A stretch of DNA of 46,394 bases from NCBI GenBank assembly GCA_023485925.1, contig JAMDAJ010000059.1, positions 1-46,394 on the forward strand, read 5' to 3'. A program made the translations under genes and the position numbers. Of the stretch, positions 7,278 to 16,363 are shown piece by piece (position 1 is the stretch's first letter; the number at the start of each line of letters is the position of its first letter). Source of the DNA: Patescibacteria group bacterium (GTDB lineage: Bacteria > Patescibacteriota > Doudnabacteria > UBA920 > 2-01-FULL-50-11). The notes under the pieces are model-generated. The model had not been told where the DNA came from, made no database searches, and was given only the letters and a program-made list of their open reading frames with translations.

Positions 7278-9341
7278 ATGCGACTAACCGACTCAATTGA
7301 AACGCTCCCCGGGGTCGGGAAAGCTAATGCCAAGAAGCTTCACAAGCTTGGTATTTTTAATTTGAGCGATCTCGTCCGTCATTTCCCTTATCGCTACAAC
7401 GACCTTTCCGTCATCACCCCCATCGCCGAAACCTCCGTCGGTGGCGCCTATACGGTTCGCGCGAAGGTGAAATCGATAAAAAGTCGCCCCGGCTTCCGTT
7501 TTCGCCGAGGCCTTGCTAGAGCGCTCATCGAAGACGGCACGGGAGCACTGGCAGTGATCTGGTTCAACCAACCCTACCTAGCGAATACCCTAAAAGTCGG
7601 CGCCACCTACCTTTTCTCCGGCCAAATCTCCTTTTACCGCAGCCTGCAGATGCAAAATCCCGTCTGGGAGCTTGATAAACGCGTCACCGTGCACACCGGC
7701 CGCATCGTGCCCGTGTACCCTTTGACTTCAGGAATTTACCCCAAGTGGCTGCGGACGCTGTTGAAAACCGCACTCGATTCGCTCCCCAGATTCCCCGAAA
7801 CCTTGCCGAGCGGCATTCTAAAATCCCGCCGCCTGCTTTCCTACGATTCCGCCCTGCGCTCCATCCATTTCCCCAAATCACACAAAGAGCTGCAACTCGC
7901 CCGGAGGCGACTAAGTTTTGACGAACTTCTGCTCCACGAGCTGGCCGTGCTATCCCACCGCCTGCAGCTAAAAAAATTGCCGGCGCCGAAAATCCCTTTC
8001 GACCAGGATCTGATAAAACGGTTCGTCAGTACACTACCCTTCACGCTCACCAAATCGCAAAAACTCGCCGCCTGGCAAGTGCTGCAAGACCTTGAGTCCG
8101 GCCATCCGGCCAACCGACTGGTCGCGGGCGACGTGGGCAGCGGCAAAACCGTGGTCGCCGCCATTCCGACGCTGGAAATTCTGTCGCATGGATGGAACGT
8201 CGCTTTTATGGCGCCGACGGAAATTCTGGCCGAACAGCATTTCCGGACATTTTCCGCCTTGACTCTTTTTTCTAACCTCAAACTTGCGCTGCTGACCGCA
8301 AGCCAAGCCAAACTTCGGAAGAATAAAGCCGAGGAAAAGCTGACGAAAAAAACTCTGCTGGAAAAACTGGCCGCGACTACCGGCTGGGCGCTCTTCGGCA
8401 CTCACGCTTTGATCCAAAAAAACATCGATTTTAAAGATTTGGGTCTGGTGGTAGTCGATGAACAGCACCGTTTTGGCGTACAACAGCGAGCGGCGCTGCA
8501 AAACCGCACGCGCGAAGGAACCGTCCCGCATTTTTTGTCATTGACCGCAACGCCCATCCCCAGAACCCTCGCCCTCACGCTCTACGGCGACTTGGATGTT
8601 TCGGCGATACCGGAATTGCCTTTGGGCCGCAAACCCGTGACGACTCGCATCATCGAACCGGGAAACCGCAAGACCGTTTACGCCGAAATCGAAAAAGAAC
8701 TAGCATCCGGCCGGCAAGCGTTTTTTATCTGCCCGCTTATCGACCCCTCCGACAAGCTCGGCGCAAGATCCGCCACCGGACTGTACGAACTTCTTAAAAC
8801 CGTATTTAAATCCCGGCGGTTGGGGCTTTTACACGGCAAACTTTCCTCAAGCGAAAAAACTGCCGTTGTTTCGGCTTTTGGCGAAAAAAAGCTCGATATC
8901 CTAGTCTCCACCACGGTCGTCGAGGTCGGCGTGGATTTTCCCAACGCCACGGTCATGGCGATCGAGGGCGCGGAACGCTTTGGATTAGCCCAATTGCACC
9001 AGCTCCGCGGCCGGGTGGGCCGGTCCGATATGCAGTCTTATTGCTACCTTTTACCGCAAAATTTGGGCGCAAAAGCCAAGGAACGCCTGGAGGCGCTCTG
9101 TCAGCACCATAACGGCCTGGAACTTGCCGAAATCGATTTAAAACTGCGCGGCCCGGGCGAAACTTACGGCAATTTGCAGTCTGGCTATCCGCAATTCGAA
9201 CTGGCGAATATCTACGATCTGGAACTTTTGCAAGCCGCGCGCGAAGAGGCACAAGCGCTATTGGCTGACGATAAAAGCTTGCGCTCTCCCCTGTTTCAGG
9301 ATTTGATAGTACGATCCCGAAACAAAATCCATTTGGAATAG
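7278..9341 (+). CDS. recG: ATP-dependent DNA helicase RecG
   Basis: Walker A GDVGSGKT, DEQHRFGV, TATPIPRT, QLRGRVGR. ATG at 7278 is chosen because the track start at 7215 lies inside the tRNA-Arg. Confidence 0.9.
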   Translation: MRLTDSIETLPGVGKANAKKLHKLGIFNLSDLVRHFPYRYNDLSVITPIAETSVGGAYTVRAKVKSIKSRPGFRFRRGLARALIEDGTGALAVIWFNQPYLANTLKVGATYLFSGQISFYRSLQMQNPVWELDKRVTVHTGRIVPVYPLTSGIYPKWLRTLLKTALDSLPRFPETLPSGILKSRRLLSYDSALRSIHFPKSHKELQLARRRLSFDELLLHELAVLSHRLQLKKLPAPKIPFDQDLIKRFVSTLPFTLTKSQKLAAWQVLQDLESGHPANRLVAGDVGSGKTVVAAIPTLEILSHGWNVAFMAPTEILAEQHFRTFSALTLFSNLKLALLTASQAKLRKNKAEEKLTKKTLLEKLAATTGWALFGTHALIQKNIDFKDLGLVVVDEQHRFGVQQRAALQNRTREGTVPHFLSLTATPIPRTLALTLYGDLDVSAIPELPLGRKPVTTRIIEPGNRKTVYAEIEKELASGRQAFFICPLIDPSDKLGARSATGLYELLKTVFKSRRLGLLHGKLSSSEKTAVVSAFGEKKLDILVSTTVVEVGVDFPNATVMAIEGAERFGLAQLHQLRGRVGRSDMQSYCYLLPQNLGAKAKERLEALCQHHNGLELAEIDLKLRGPGETYGNLQSGYPQFELANIYDLELLQAAREEAQALLADDKSLRSPLFQDLIVRSRNKIHLE

Positions 9342-9388
9342 ATTTGGACAGAACCGCCTCTGCGTTTGGGCTAGCGGCTTCCCGTTTG

Positions 9389-9433
9389 ACTTAAAATGTC
9401 CGGCCGGACATTTTAAGTATATCTATTTTTTTT
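9389..9433 (+). terminator. recG terminator: perfect 15-bp palindrome followed by a T-run
   Basis: acttaaaatgtccgg/ccggacattttaagt at 9389-9418. T8 run at 9426-9433, slightly distant from the stem. Confidence 0.55.
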
Positions 9434-9508
9434 GACCGTCCCGAGCGTAAAAGACTTCCCAACACACTCAGGAATATGTGTGCCTCAATAGACTCGACGC
9501 GCCCCTCT

Positions 9509-9543
9509 GCTCCGGAGGCTTCGTTTTGCCTCCTCGCAATGAC
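9509..9543 (-). repeat. GTCAT-hairpin repeat (single)
   Basis: Minus strand reads gtcattgcgaggaggcaaaacgaagcctccggagc; stem ggaggc/gcctcc. Confidence 0.55.
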
Positions 9544-9571
9544 ACTTAGAGAAACTTATACACAAGCTCAA

Positions 9572-9600
9572 TTGACAAAAACATTTTACAGGATTAAAAT
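9572..9600 (+). promoter_or_regulatory. near-consensus sigma-70 promoter
   Basis: TTGACA, 17-nt spacer, TAAAAT. Confidence 0.65.
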
Positions 9601-9668
9601 TGCGACAAAATCAGCAGGGGGATTTTGTTCACAAGTCATCTGGGATTTCGGTATGAAAGGGATTAACA

Positions 9669-10028
9669 GTGCAATTCCATGTTCACGGAGAAATGACAGT
9701 AATCTTGCTCAATGGCCGCGAACTTGGGACAATAGAGTCCCGTGGCCAATTGAACCAGTGGCTCGAAAACCAGAAGTTCCAAGAGGGTGTGAGGACGACT
9801 ATTCCGACCTCGACCAATCTGGACGACCCCAAGGCCTCTCGGGAATCTTGGTTGGTCGGAACCGGCCAGTACAAGCAAACAAAAAACCGGATGGGGATCT
9901 ACTACCTCGACGATGCGCGAATTGTTCTGATTCCGGTTTCAACGGTCGCGACCTTCCAGACCAACTCTCAACGACGGGCCCAGGCCACCGTACCCACACT
10001 CCAGTCCGCTCTCGCCATTACGGCCTGA
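9669..10028 (+). CDS. orphan hypothetical protein (119 aa, GTG start)
   Basis: Preceded by the promoter at 9572 and by aaaggga 8-9 nt before the GTG. Followed by the terminator at 10067. Balanced soluble composition, unlike the overlapping 207-aa ORF. Confidence 0.5.
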   Translation: MQFHVHGEMTVILLNGRELGTIESRGQLNQWLENQKFQEGVRTTIPTSTNLDDPKASRESWLVGTGQYKQTKNRMGIYYLDDARIVLIPVSTVATFQTNSQRRAQATVPTLQSALAITA

Positions 10029-10066
10029 ACGGCCACTCGTGCCGCCGCGCGAACCACATTTCAAAA

Positions 10067-10097
10067 CAGCCGGACGCTATCGCCTGGCTCTTTTTTT
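10067..10097 (+). terminator. intrinsic terminator
   Basis: Stem agccgg.../...cctggct followed by a T7 run. Confidence 0.6.
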
Positions 10098-10263
10098 AAC
10101 ACCCCCTCCCGCTTAACCCTCCATTTTCCCCTCCCAGGCTTGGGGAGGGTGCCCGAAGGGCGGGAGAGGTCGAACCGCTAAATTCCCCTCACCCGTCCGC
10201 TGGCCACCTTCCCCCTCAATGGGGAAAGGAGTATAGAATGCTACGAGAGAGGAGGACAAAAAT

Positions 10264-11622
10264 CTAGCCGATCAACTTCAACGCCTCGGATAAATCGTGC
10301 GCTGGGAGCAGTTTAAGCTTGCTTGCGGCAGTGGCGCTTGCGGCCGGGATAATCATTTTTTTAAATCCTAGTTTAGCCGCTTCTGTGATCCGCCGCTCAA
10401 GGTTCCCTACCATCCGTAATTCCCCGGTCAATCCCACCTCGCCAACCGCGATCAAATCGGCCGGCACCACGAAATCTTTGAGCGAGGACAAAATCGCGAA
10501 CGCCACGGCCAGATCGCAGGCCGTCTCGTTTATTTTAAAACCGCCGGCCACGCTCACAAAAATATCCTGGTCATAAATCTTGGCCGAAAGCCGTTTCTGC
10601 AACACCGCCGAAAGCAGCAACAGCCGGTTCAGATCATAACCCGTGGCGGTCCTTTTGGGATAATTAAATTGGCTCTTACTCGTCAACGCCTGGATCTCGA
10701 GTAGCAACGGTCGCGAACCCTCCATAGTGCAGGTTACCACGGCACCGGGTTGGCGCATGACGCGTTCGGCCAAAAAGGCCCGGGAGGGATTTTCTACGGC
10801 CACCAGCCCCTGGTTTTTCATCTCAAATACCCCCACTTCGTCCGTCCGGCCGAAACGGTTTTTAACGCAGCGAAGCAACCGATAAGCTAAGAAGCGGTCG
10901 CCTTCGAGGTACAACACCACGTCCACCATATGTTCGAGCAACCGTGGCCCGGCCAGATTCCCCTCTTTGGTGACGTGCCCGATGATGAGCGTGGCGATGT
11001 CTCGCTCTTTGGCAAACTCCATCAAGCGCATGGTGGCGGCGGAAACCTGGGCCACCCCGCCGGCCACGCCCGAAGCCGATTCCGAAAACATCGTCTGGAT
11101 GGAATCGATGACCAAAAATTTCGGCTTTTCCGCCTCGGCCGTCGCAAGCACGGCATCAAGATTGTTTTCGGAAACAGCCAGCATGCCAGAAAAATCGGAA
11201 CTTAAACGCTCAGCCCGAAGTTTTAATTGCGGCAGCGACTCTTCGCCCGAAACATACAAAGTTTTTATCCCCCGGCCCGATAATCCTAAGGCCAGCTGCA
11301 AGGTGAGCGTGGATTTGCCGATGCCCGGGTCGCCGCCCAAAAGTACCAAAGACCCCGGTACGATACCGGACGAAGCCTGCCCGCCGAAAATCTGGTCAAG
11401 CTCCGAAATTCCCGTTTCGTAGCGTCGCCCCGTGGGTGATGCGACCGCTGCTAGCGTTTCGGCTTTTATGGCTGACGCCTTCGCCGGACCTCCCGGACCG
11501 AAGGTGAGCCCTGCCGCTTGCTGAATGAGCGTATTCCAGGCGCCGCAAGAAAGACACCGCCCGGCCCATTTCGGGAACTGCGCATCACATTGACTGCAAA
11601 CGAATATAGTTTGGGGCTTCAT
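10264..11622 (-). CDS. radA: DNA repair protein RadA (Sms)
   Basis: N-terminal C4 zinc finger (CSQCDAQ...CLSCGAW), Walker A GDPGIGKST, KNRFG motif, Lon-like C-terminal domain. Confidence 0.92.
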   Translation of the reverse strand: MKPQTIFVCSQCDAQFPKWAGRCLSCGAWNTLIQQAAGLTFGPGGPAKASAIKAETLAAVASPTGRRYETGISELDQIFGGQASSGIVPGSLVLLGGDPGIGKSTLTLQLALGLSGRGIKTLYVSGEESLPQLKLRAERLSSDFSGMLAVSENNLDAVLATAEAEKPKFLVIDSIQTMFSESASGVAGGVAQVSAATMRLMEFAKERDIATLIIGHVTKEGNLAGPRLLEHMVDVVLYLEGDRFLAYRLLRCVKNRFGRTDEVGVFEMKNQGLVAVENPSRAFLAERVMRQPGAVVTCTMEGSRPLLLEIQALTSKSQFNYPKRTATGYDLNRLLLLSAVLQKRLSAKIYDQDIFVSVAGGFKINETACDLAVAFAILSSLKDFVVPADLIAVGEVGLTGELRMVGNLERRITEAAKLGFKKMIIPAASATAASKLKLLPAHDLSEALKLIG

Positions 11623-11656
11623 ACCCGCAAATTAAAATGTAAATATCATGTGAAAA

Positions 11657-11709
11657 ATGACCCGTTCGATTCCGCCCAGGGTCATGGTGAGCGGGGTCGA
11701 ATCCATGAC
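11657..11709. repeat. nested GTCAT-type palindromes
   Basis: atgaccc...gggtcat at 11657-11685, overlapping gtcatgg...ccatgac at 11681-11709. Confidence 0.5.
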
Positions 11710-11720
11710 AATGCAAAATT

Positions 11721-11745
11721 AAAAATAGCCGTTTGCTTAGCAAAC
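11721..11745 (-). terminator. terminator closing the minus-strand operon that ends with the TolB-like gene
   Basis: On the minus strand, gtttgc-taa-gcaaac then ggctattttt. Nested inside a 10-bp inverted repeat, atgcaaaatt/aattttgcat (11711-11760). Confidence 0.55.
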
Positions 11746-11780
11746 TCTTAAATTTTGCATTTTGATTTTTGAATTTTAAA

Positions 11781-12878
11781 TTACTTGAGGTTCACCCGAT
11801 ACAAACTGTTGTCCTTGCCGTCGCGGAAAAAAAGCATCGAATTGCCGGAGTCAATTATTGGATCCCGGATATCGAAAGTCTTATCCTCGCCGCCGAGGTC
11901 AATTCTGGTCTTGGATTTGTCCGAAAGCCGGTAAAGGTACAAATCGTCTGCGGTGACCGAAGAAATCGTCGAATCATTGGCTGAAACCGACCGGGGCTTG
12001 CCGAAATAAAAGCCGTCGCTGGAATTTTCCCACACGACTTTGGAAAGCGCGGTGGGTAAATTAAGATTTTCGAAACTTTGATTTTCGAAATTGTAAAGCC
12101 AAAGTTCGGAAAGCTTCGTATCTGAACTGACGCGGGTGAAAAGCAGTTTGTTAGAGTCGGGAGAAAGCGCCACGTCCACATTCTGACCGCGATCCAGCAG
12201 CTCCGAGAGTTTCCCGCTATTCATATCCACCATTAAAATTTTATTGGTCCCGCCCTCCGACACGGCTTTTTTCAAAAGCGCGAATTTCCCATTGCCGGCA
12301 ACGCTGAGAGCATAAGCGCCGTCCAAATTGGCCACTGTTCGGTAATTTTCAGCTGTGACATTGCCAAGCTTAAGCTCCCAGTCGCCGTCGCCTCGCCGCC
12401 AAACGTAAAGGATCTGCTGACCATTGGGCATCCAGGCGACTTCCTGGATATTTGACGGCAGCGTCACGAAAGCCTGTTGAGCGGCGACGTACGACAAGTA
12501 ACTGCCAATGCCTTCTGGGGCCTTTGTCCAAACGATAAAATTATTGCCCACGCTTGGCCAGTAGACTTTCTGAATGGCCGGATTGGTGCCGGTCAAATTA
12601 AACTTCTGCTCACCGCCGCCTCCCAAGGCGTTCTGATAAAGCTGGCCGTCGCGGCCAAAATACCAAATGGAGGTTTGGTCTAAGGACAATACGGCGGAAA
12701 GCACCGGGGTTTGGGTTACTGAAAGCAACTTCGGCCCGCTTTCGCCGGCCAACCCTGTGTTTGCGGCATTCCCGCCCGGAGTGACGACAGTGTTGCTAGA
12801 ATCCAAAAAAAAGAAATAAACCACGACCCCGATAAGAATGGCGGCCAAAATGACTCCGAATAAAACATAGCGGCGCAT
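11781..12878 (-). CDS. membrane-anchored TolB-like beta-propeller (PD40-type repeats) protein
   Basis: N-terminal TM helix. Repeated LSPDSNKLLF / WMPNGQQILY / YFGRDGQLY type blades. Confidence 0.6.
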   Translation of the reverse strand: MRRYVLFGVILAAILIGVVVYFFFLDSSNTVVTPGGNAANTGLAGESGPKLLSVTQTPVLSAVLSLDQTSIWYFGRDGQLYQNALGGGGEQKFNLTGTNPAIQKVYWPSVGNNFIVWTKAPEGIGSYLSYVAAQQAFVTLPSNIQEVAWMPNGQQILYVWRRGDGDWELKLGNVTAENYRTVANLDGAYALSVAGNGKFALLKKAVSEGGTNKILMVDMNSGKLSELLDRGQNVDVALSPDSNKLLFTRVSSDTKLSELWLYNFENQSFENLNLPTALSKVVWENSSDGFYFGKPRSVSANDSTISSVTADDLYLYRLSDKSKTRIDLGGEDKTFDIRDPIIDSGNSMLFFRDGKDNSLYRVNLK

Positions 12879-12954
12879 GAGAGTTAGTTTAGATTTTTAA
12901 AAATATAAACTGATCCTTTATAATCCGCGCGATATTGCTTTTGTGATTCAATTC

Positions 12955-14088
12955 TCAAAAATTGACATGGATATTGCCGCCTGTGGCATTGGTCGGCATG
13001 CAAGCCGGAACGTATTCATCCAAGAAAGAGCGGACCGCGCCTGAAGTTTGCGCCGCCTGATAAAAAATCTGATAACAGGCGTCATGGCCGGGTAAAAGGT
13101 TAAAATCCACGCAAGTGCCGCTCTGAGACTTTTGCGGAGAATGGCAACTGGAAACGCTTGGTCCGCCGTTAACTTGGATGGAAGAAGAAATTTTTAGCGT
13201 ACACCCCGTGCTCCCGGCCAAACTGTTGAAGGTGTTTATAAAAGCCTGAATTTTAGGCGCTGCGCCTGGCGAAGCCAGACAAACGCCGTTATTGCTTGAG
13301 CAATCGTGTGTCGGCGTATAAGAAGTGATGTTCACACACGAGGAAAGTTCCTGACAACCCGCGGATTGCCCCGTCCCGAATGTTTGATTGCAATTCGTGC
13401 TCGAACCGCCGCTGGGACCCCCGGTGCCCCCCAAAGCGCCCAATTGTTTGCACAAGTCACCTAACCCCCCGATGTTAAAAGTTTTCGCCACCTTCACCGT
13501 CGCCTTGGTGACTATGCCGCCGGACTCGTTGCTGCATATTGCCAAAAAAGCGCCTAAAACAAAACCTATGATAACCAGAATGATCAAGATTCCAAGAATT
13601 ATCGCCGTAACAATCCAGCCCACCGGCGTGGCTTCCGTGGCCGCCGCCGCACCTGCCAAACCCTCTGCCGCCAACTTTCCGCCTTCTACAGCCGCGGCCT
13701 TTCCTAACTGTTTTCCTGCCAGTTTGGTAATTTTCTCCCCTGCTTTAAATGTTTTCCAAACTTTTCGAGCATTTTCCACGGTGCCTCCGCTAAGCTCGCC
13801 GGCACTCTTCAATTCATTGTAAGTCCTCCATATTTTTTGACCTCTCTGTGCACGGTCGTAGTAATCCATTCCTCTTCCAACCGCCCCCTTGTTTCCGCGC
13901 CCCCGAGCCGTCTCGACAGGGCCTTGAGTCACTCCAGCCGCCTCGTCAGGCAAATTATACATCCGCTCCAATTCATCTATTTCCGCCTGCCGATTTTGCT
14001 CCTGCTCCGCACGCCGCTGCCGCCGCAAAGCCGCCTCCTGACGCGCTTCCCTTTCGGCCTTTTCTTTTTCGTAACTTGAAACGGGCAT
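12955..14088 (-). CDS. single-pass membrane protein with charged coiled-coil N-domain and Cys-rich extracytoplasmic C-domain; possible LAS/M15-type zinc peptidase
   Basis: ATG at 14088 (MPVSSYEKEK) preferred over TTG at 14115. TM helix WIVTAIILGILIILVIIGFVLGAFLAI. At least 13 Cys in the C-domain. SCH...GTCVDF...GGNIHVNF resembles the SxHxxGxAxD...HxD pattern, with an insertion. Confidence 0.6.
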   Translation of the reverse strand: MPVSSYEKEKAEREARQEAALRRQRRAEQEQNRQAEIDELERMYNLPDEAAGVTQGPVETARGRGNKGAVGRGMDYYDRAQRGQKIWRTYNELKSAGELSGGTVENARKVWKTFKAGEKITKLAGKQLGKAAAVEGGKLAAEGLAGAAAATEATPVGWIVTAIILGILIILVIIGFVLGAFLAICSNESGGIVTKATVKVAKTFNIGGLGDLCKQLGALGGTGGPSGGSSTNCNQTFGTGQSAGCQELSSCVNITSYTPTHDCSSNNGVCLASPGAAPKIQAFINTFNSLAGSTGCTLKISSSIQVNGGPSVSSCHSPQKSQSGTCVDFNLLPGHDACYQIFYQAAQTSGAVRSFLDEYVPACMPTNATGGNIHVNF

Positions 14089-14134
14089 AACAAAAATGCA
14101 AAACGGGAATATCAAAAATCAAAATGACACCCAA

Positions 14135-14220
14135 TGTCATCCTGACGGAAGTCAGGATCTAGAACATTTGAATAGTAACGAGTAATATCGAATGGATCCT
14201 GAATCAAGTTCAGGATGACA
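14135..14220. repeat. GTCAT-hairpin doublet, second copy of the 1473-1553 element in opposite orientation
   Basis: tgtcatcctgac-ggaa-gtcaggatc at 14135-14159 and ggatcctgaa-tcaa-gttcaggatgaca at 14194-14220. The termini are 11-nt inverted repeats, tgtcatcctga/tcaggatgaca. Confidence 0.75.
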
Positions 14221-14249
14221 AATAAATTCGACATTAATCATCGTTTAGA

Positions 14250-14276
14250 ATAATTAGGTCAATTAGGATAATTAGG
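14250..14276. repeat. three tandem 9-mers overlapping the VirB4 stop codon
   Basis: Plus strand ataattagg tcaattagg ataattagg; minus strand CCTAATTAT CCTAATTGA CCTAATTAT. The stop TAA at 14272-14274 lies in the first minus-strand unit. Confidence 0.7.
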
Positions 14277-16353
14277 AATTCGTTCCCAGTTGCTTCTTCG
14301 CCTCCTGGATTTCCAGCAGCTGCCGCGGGTCAGTGGTGATTATCTGGTCTTCCATATACGAGGCCACCACATGAACGGCCACGTGCTTAAGGCCGGCGAA
14401 AAACAACCCTTCGCCCTGCTGGGCTTCAAGCAGCAAATACCGCTCGCCTTCCGTCAGAAAAAAGACCTTGGATATAAGATCCATGGAAGCCGGAGATTGT
14501 TTAAGCAGAATCTGGATGGAAGAGTTGGTGACGATCGGCTCGCCGTAGGGGCTCTGCAAGAAATCGGTGACATCCTGGGTGATGGTAGTCACCCCCAAAT
14601 AATATTTTCGGGCGCGCTTGGCGATGGAAAACAGGAACCGTCCCGAATCCTCGTGCTGCATCATCCACCAGGCCTCGTCCACTACCAAAATGCGGCGCTT
14701 AAGCTCATTTCTGACCTCGTTCCAGATGTAATTTAAAATCGTGTGGATGGCGATGGGCCGCAGCGCATCTTCCAGATCGCGAACGGAAAACACCACCAGT
14801 TGGTTATTCATCTCAACGTTAGTGCGCTGATTGAACAAGCCGGCAAAAGTCCCGGCAGTGAATTTGGAAAGCCGGGCGGAAAGCGATTCCCCGCCCTCGA
14901 TGCCGCCCAAAATTTCCACCAAATCGTCCATTACCGGCGGCTCTTTGCCGGCAAAACCCAGCTCCGGCGTGATATCCTTTTTAGCGTAAGTCTCCCACAG
15001 CGCCCGGTCCATAATAGCTTCTTCGGTGGGATCGAGCTTGCCCAGCATGACGTTCATCAAACCCATAAGATTCACGATGGCGCTGCGCAAAATATCCTCG
15101 TCAGTCTCCCCTTCCACGACCCGAGGCAAATCGAAAGGGTTCACGCGGAACTCGGAATTGAGGCTAAGGTTCAAAAACGTCCCGCCGACGCTGTCACAGA
15201 GATGTTTGTATTCCAGCTCGGGGTCAATGACGATAACGGAAGTCCCAACCATCAGCGAACGCAAAATTTCCAATTTCACGGTGTAAGACTTGCCAGCCCC
15301 CGACTTGGCGAACACCACGGAATTGGCGTTCTCCATCTGGAACCGGTCAAAAAGTATCAAACTATTATTGTGCATATTGATTCCGTACAATATGCCGTCA
15401 TTGCTGGTGAGGTCGGAGGAAACGAACGGAAAAGTGGAAGATAACGGCTCGGTATTGAGATTGGCAGAAACCGCCAGCTCATCCTCGCCCAAAGGCAAAG
15501 TGGAATTAAAGCCCTGTTTGGACTGCAAAAACGCCTTCTTCACCACGATGAGTTTGGAAGAAAGCAATGTCTCCACGGCGGAAACGGACTTGTCCAGGGC
15601 GTCTTTGGATTTGGCGTACAGCGTAAAATACAGTGAGAATCGGAAATAGTGCTCAGTGCCTTGCATCAGACGGTCGCGCAGTTCTTCCACGTCACGGAAC
15701 GCGGTTTCCAGCATTGGGTCGCGCACGTTGCCTTTTTCCTGCTCCATGGTAATGGAGGATTGGATCTGTCCGACTTTCATCCGCAGCTTTTTGAGGATTT
15801 CGCCGGAATCCAGAGGGTAAATGAACATGGAAATATCCATCGGCAGATCCATATCGATTATGGGGGTCAGCCAGTTGGAAGAAAGGTAGCGTGGATAAGC
15901 GAGAACGAAAAGCGAACGGGCAAAAACCCCGGCGATCTCCAGCTCGTCGGGATTCACCTTCACCGCCGGCGGCGCGATAATGTCTTTAAGGGAAGTTAGG
16001 CCTTCGGCAAAACGCCTCTCCGCCTCCAATAATTCGTGCGCAACGCTCTTTGAGGGCTTGCCAACCAATGGAATTTTCCCTTCGTATCCAGAAAACAAAC
16101 GGCGCGGGGAAAAATTGGCAAAAGGTGAACTGTGCGAAATTTTAGGCGCGGAAGGTTTTGGCGGCGGCACCGGACGCGATTCTGGTTTTACGCTGCTCTC
16201 CGCCGCCGCGGGCGCCGGCGGCTCCTCGGACCGGGGAGGGGCCGGCGAAGCCGGAGAGACCGACTGGCCCATCGCCGGAACGTCCGCAAAAGGATCGTCG
16301 CTTCCTCCGGCAGGGGTATTGGAAAAAATTTTATCGACAGAAAATTTCGACAT
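14272..16353 (-). CDS. virB4: VirB4/TrbE/PrgJ-family type IV secretion ATPase
   Basis: Walker A FAKSGAGKSY and Walker B RILVVDEAWWMM. Upstream N-domain pattern (IAPPAVKVNPDELEIAGVFARSLFVLAYPRYL). Pro-rich disordered N-terminus. Confidence 0.85.
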   Translation of the reverse strand: MSKFSVDKIFSNTPAGGSDDPFADVPAMGQSVSPASPAPPRSEEPPAPAAAESSVKPESRPVPPPKPSAPKISHSSPFANFSPRRLFSGYEGKIPLVGKPSKSVAHELLEAERRFAEGLTSLKDIIAPPAVKVNPDELEIAGVFARSLFVLAYPRYLSSNWLTPIIDMDLPMDISMFIYPLDSGEILKKLRMKVGQIQSSITMEQEKGNVRDPMLETAFRDVEELRDRLMQGTEHYFRFSLYFTLYAKSKDALDKSVSAVETLLSSKLIVVKKAFLQSKQGFNSTLPLGEDELAVSANLNTEPLSSTFPFVSSDLTSNDGILYGINMHNNSLILFDRFQMENANSVVFAKSGAGKSYTVKLEILRSLMVGTSVIVIDPELEYKHLCDSVGGTFLNLSLNSEFRVNPFDLPRVVEGETDEDILRSAIVNLMGLMNVMLGKLDPTEEAIMDRALWETYAKKDITPELGFAGKEPPVMDDLVEILGGIEGGESLSARLSKFTAGTFAGLFNQRTNVEMNNQLVVFSVRDLEDALRPIAIHTILNYIWNEVRNELKRRILVVDEAWWMMQHEDSGRFLFSIAKRARKYYLGVTTITQDVTDFLQSPYGEPIVTNSSIQILLKQSPASMDLISKVFFLTEGERYLLLEAQQGEGLFFAGLKHVAVHVVASYMEDQIITTDPRQLLEIQEAKKQLGTNS

Positions 16354-16363
16354 GGTGTATGTG

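Noticed and set aside
9476-10099. 207-aa ORF spanning the recG-radA gap
   Set aside because: Its composition is Arg/Pro/Ser/Cys-rich. It starts upstream of the only good promoter and overlaps the better-supported 119-aa frame.
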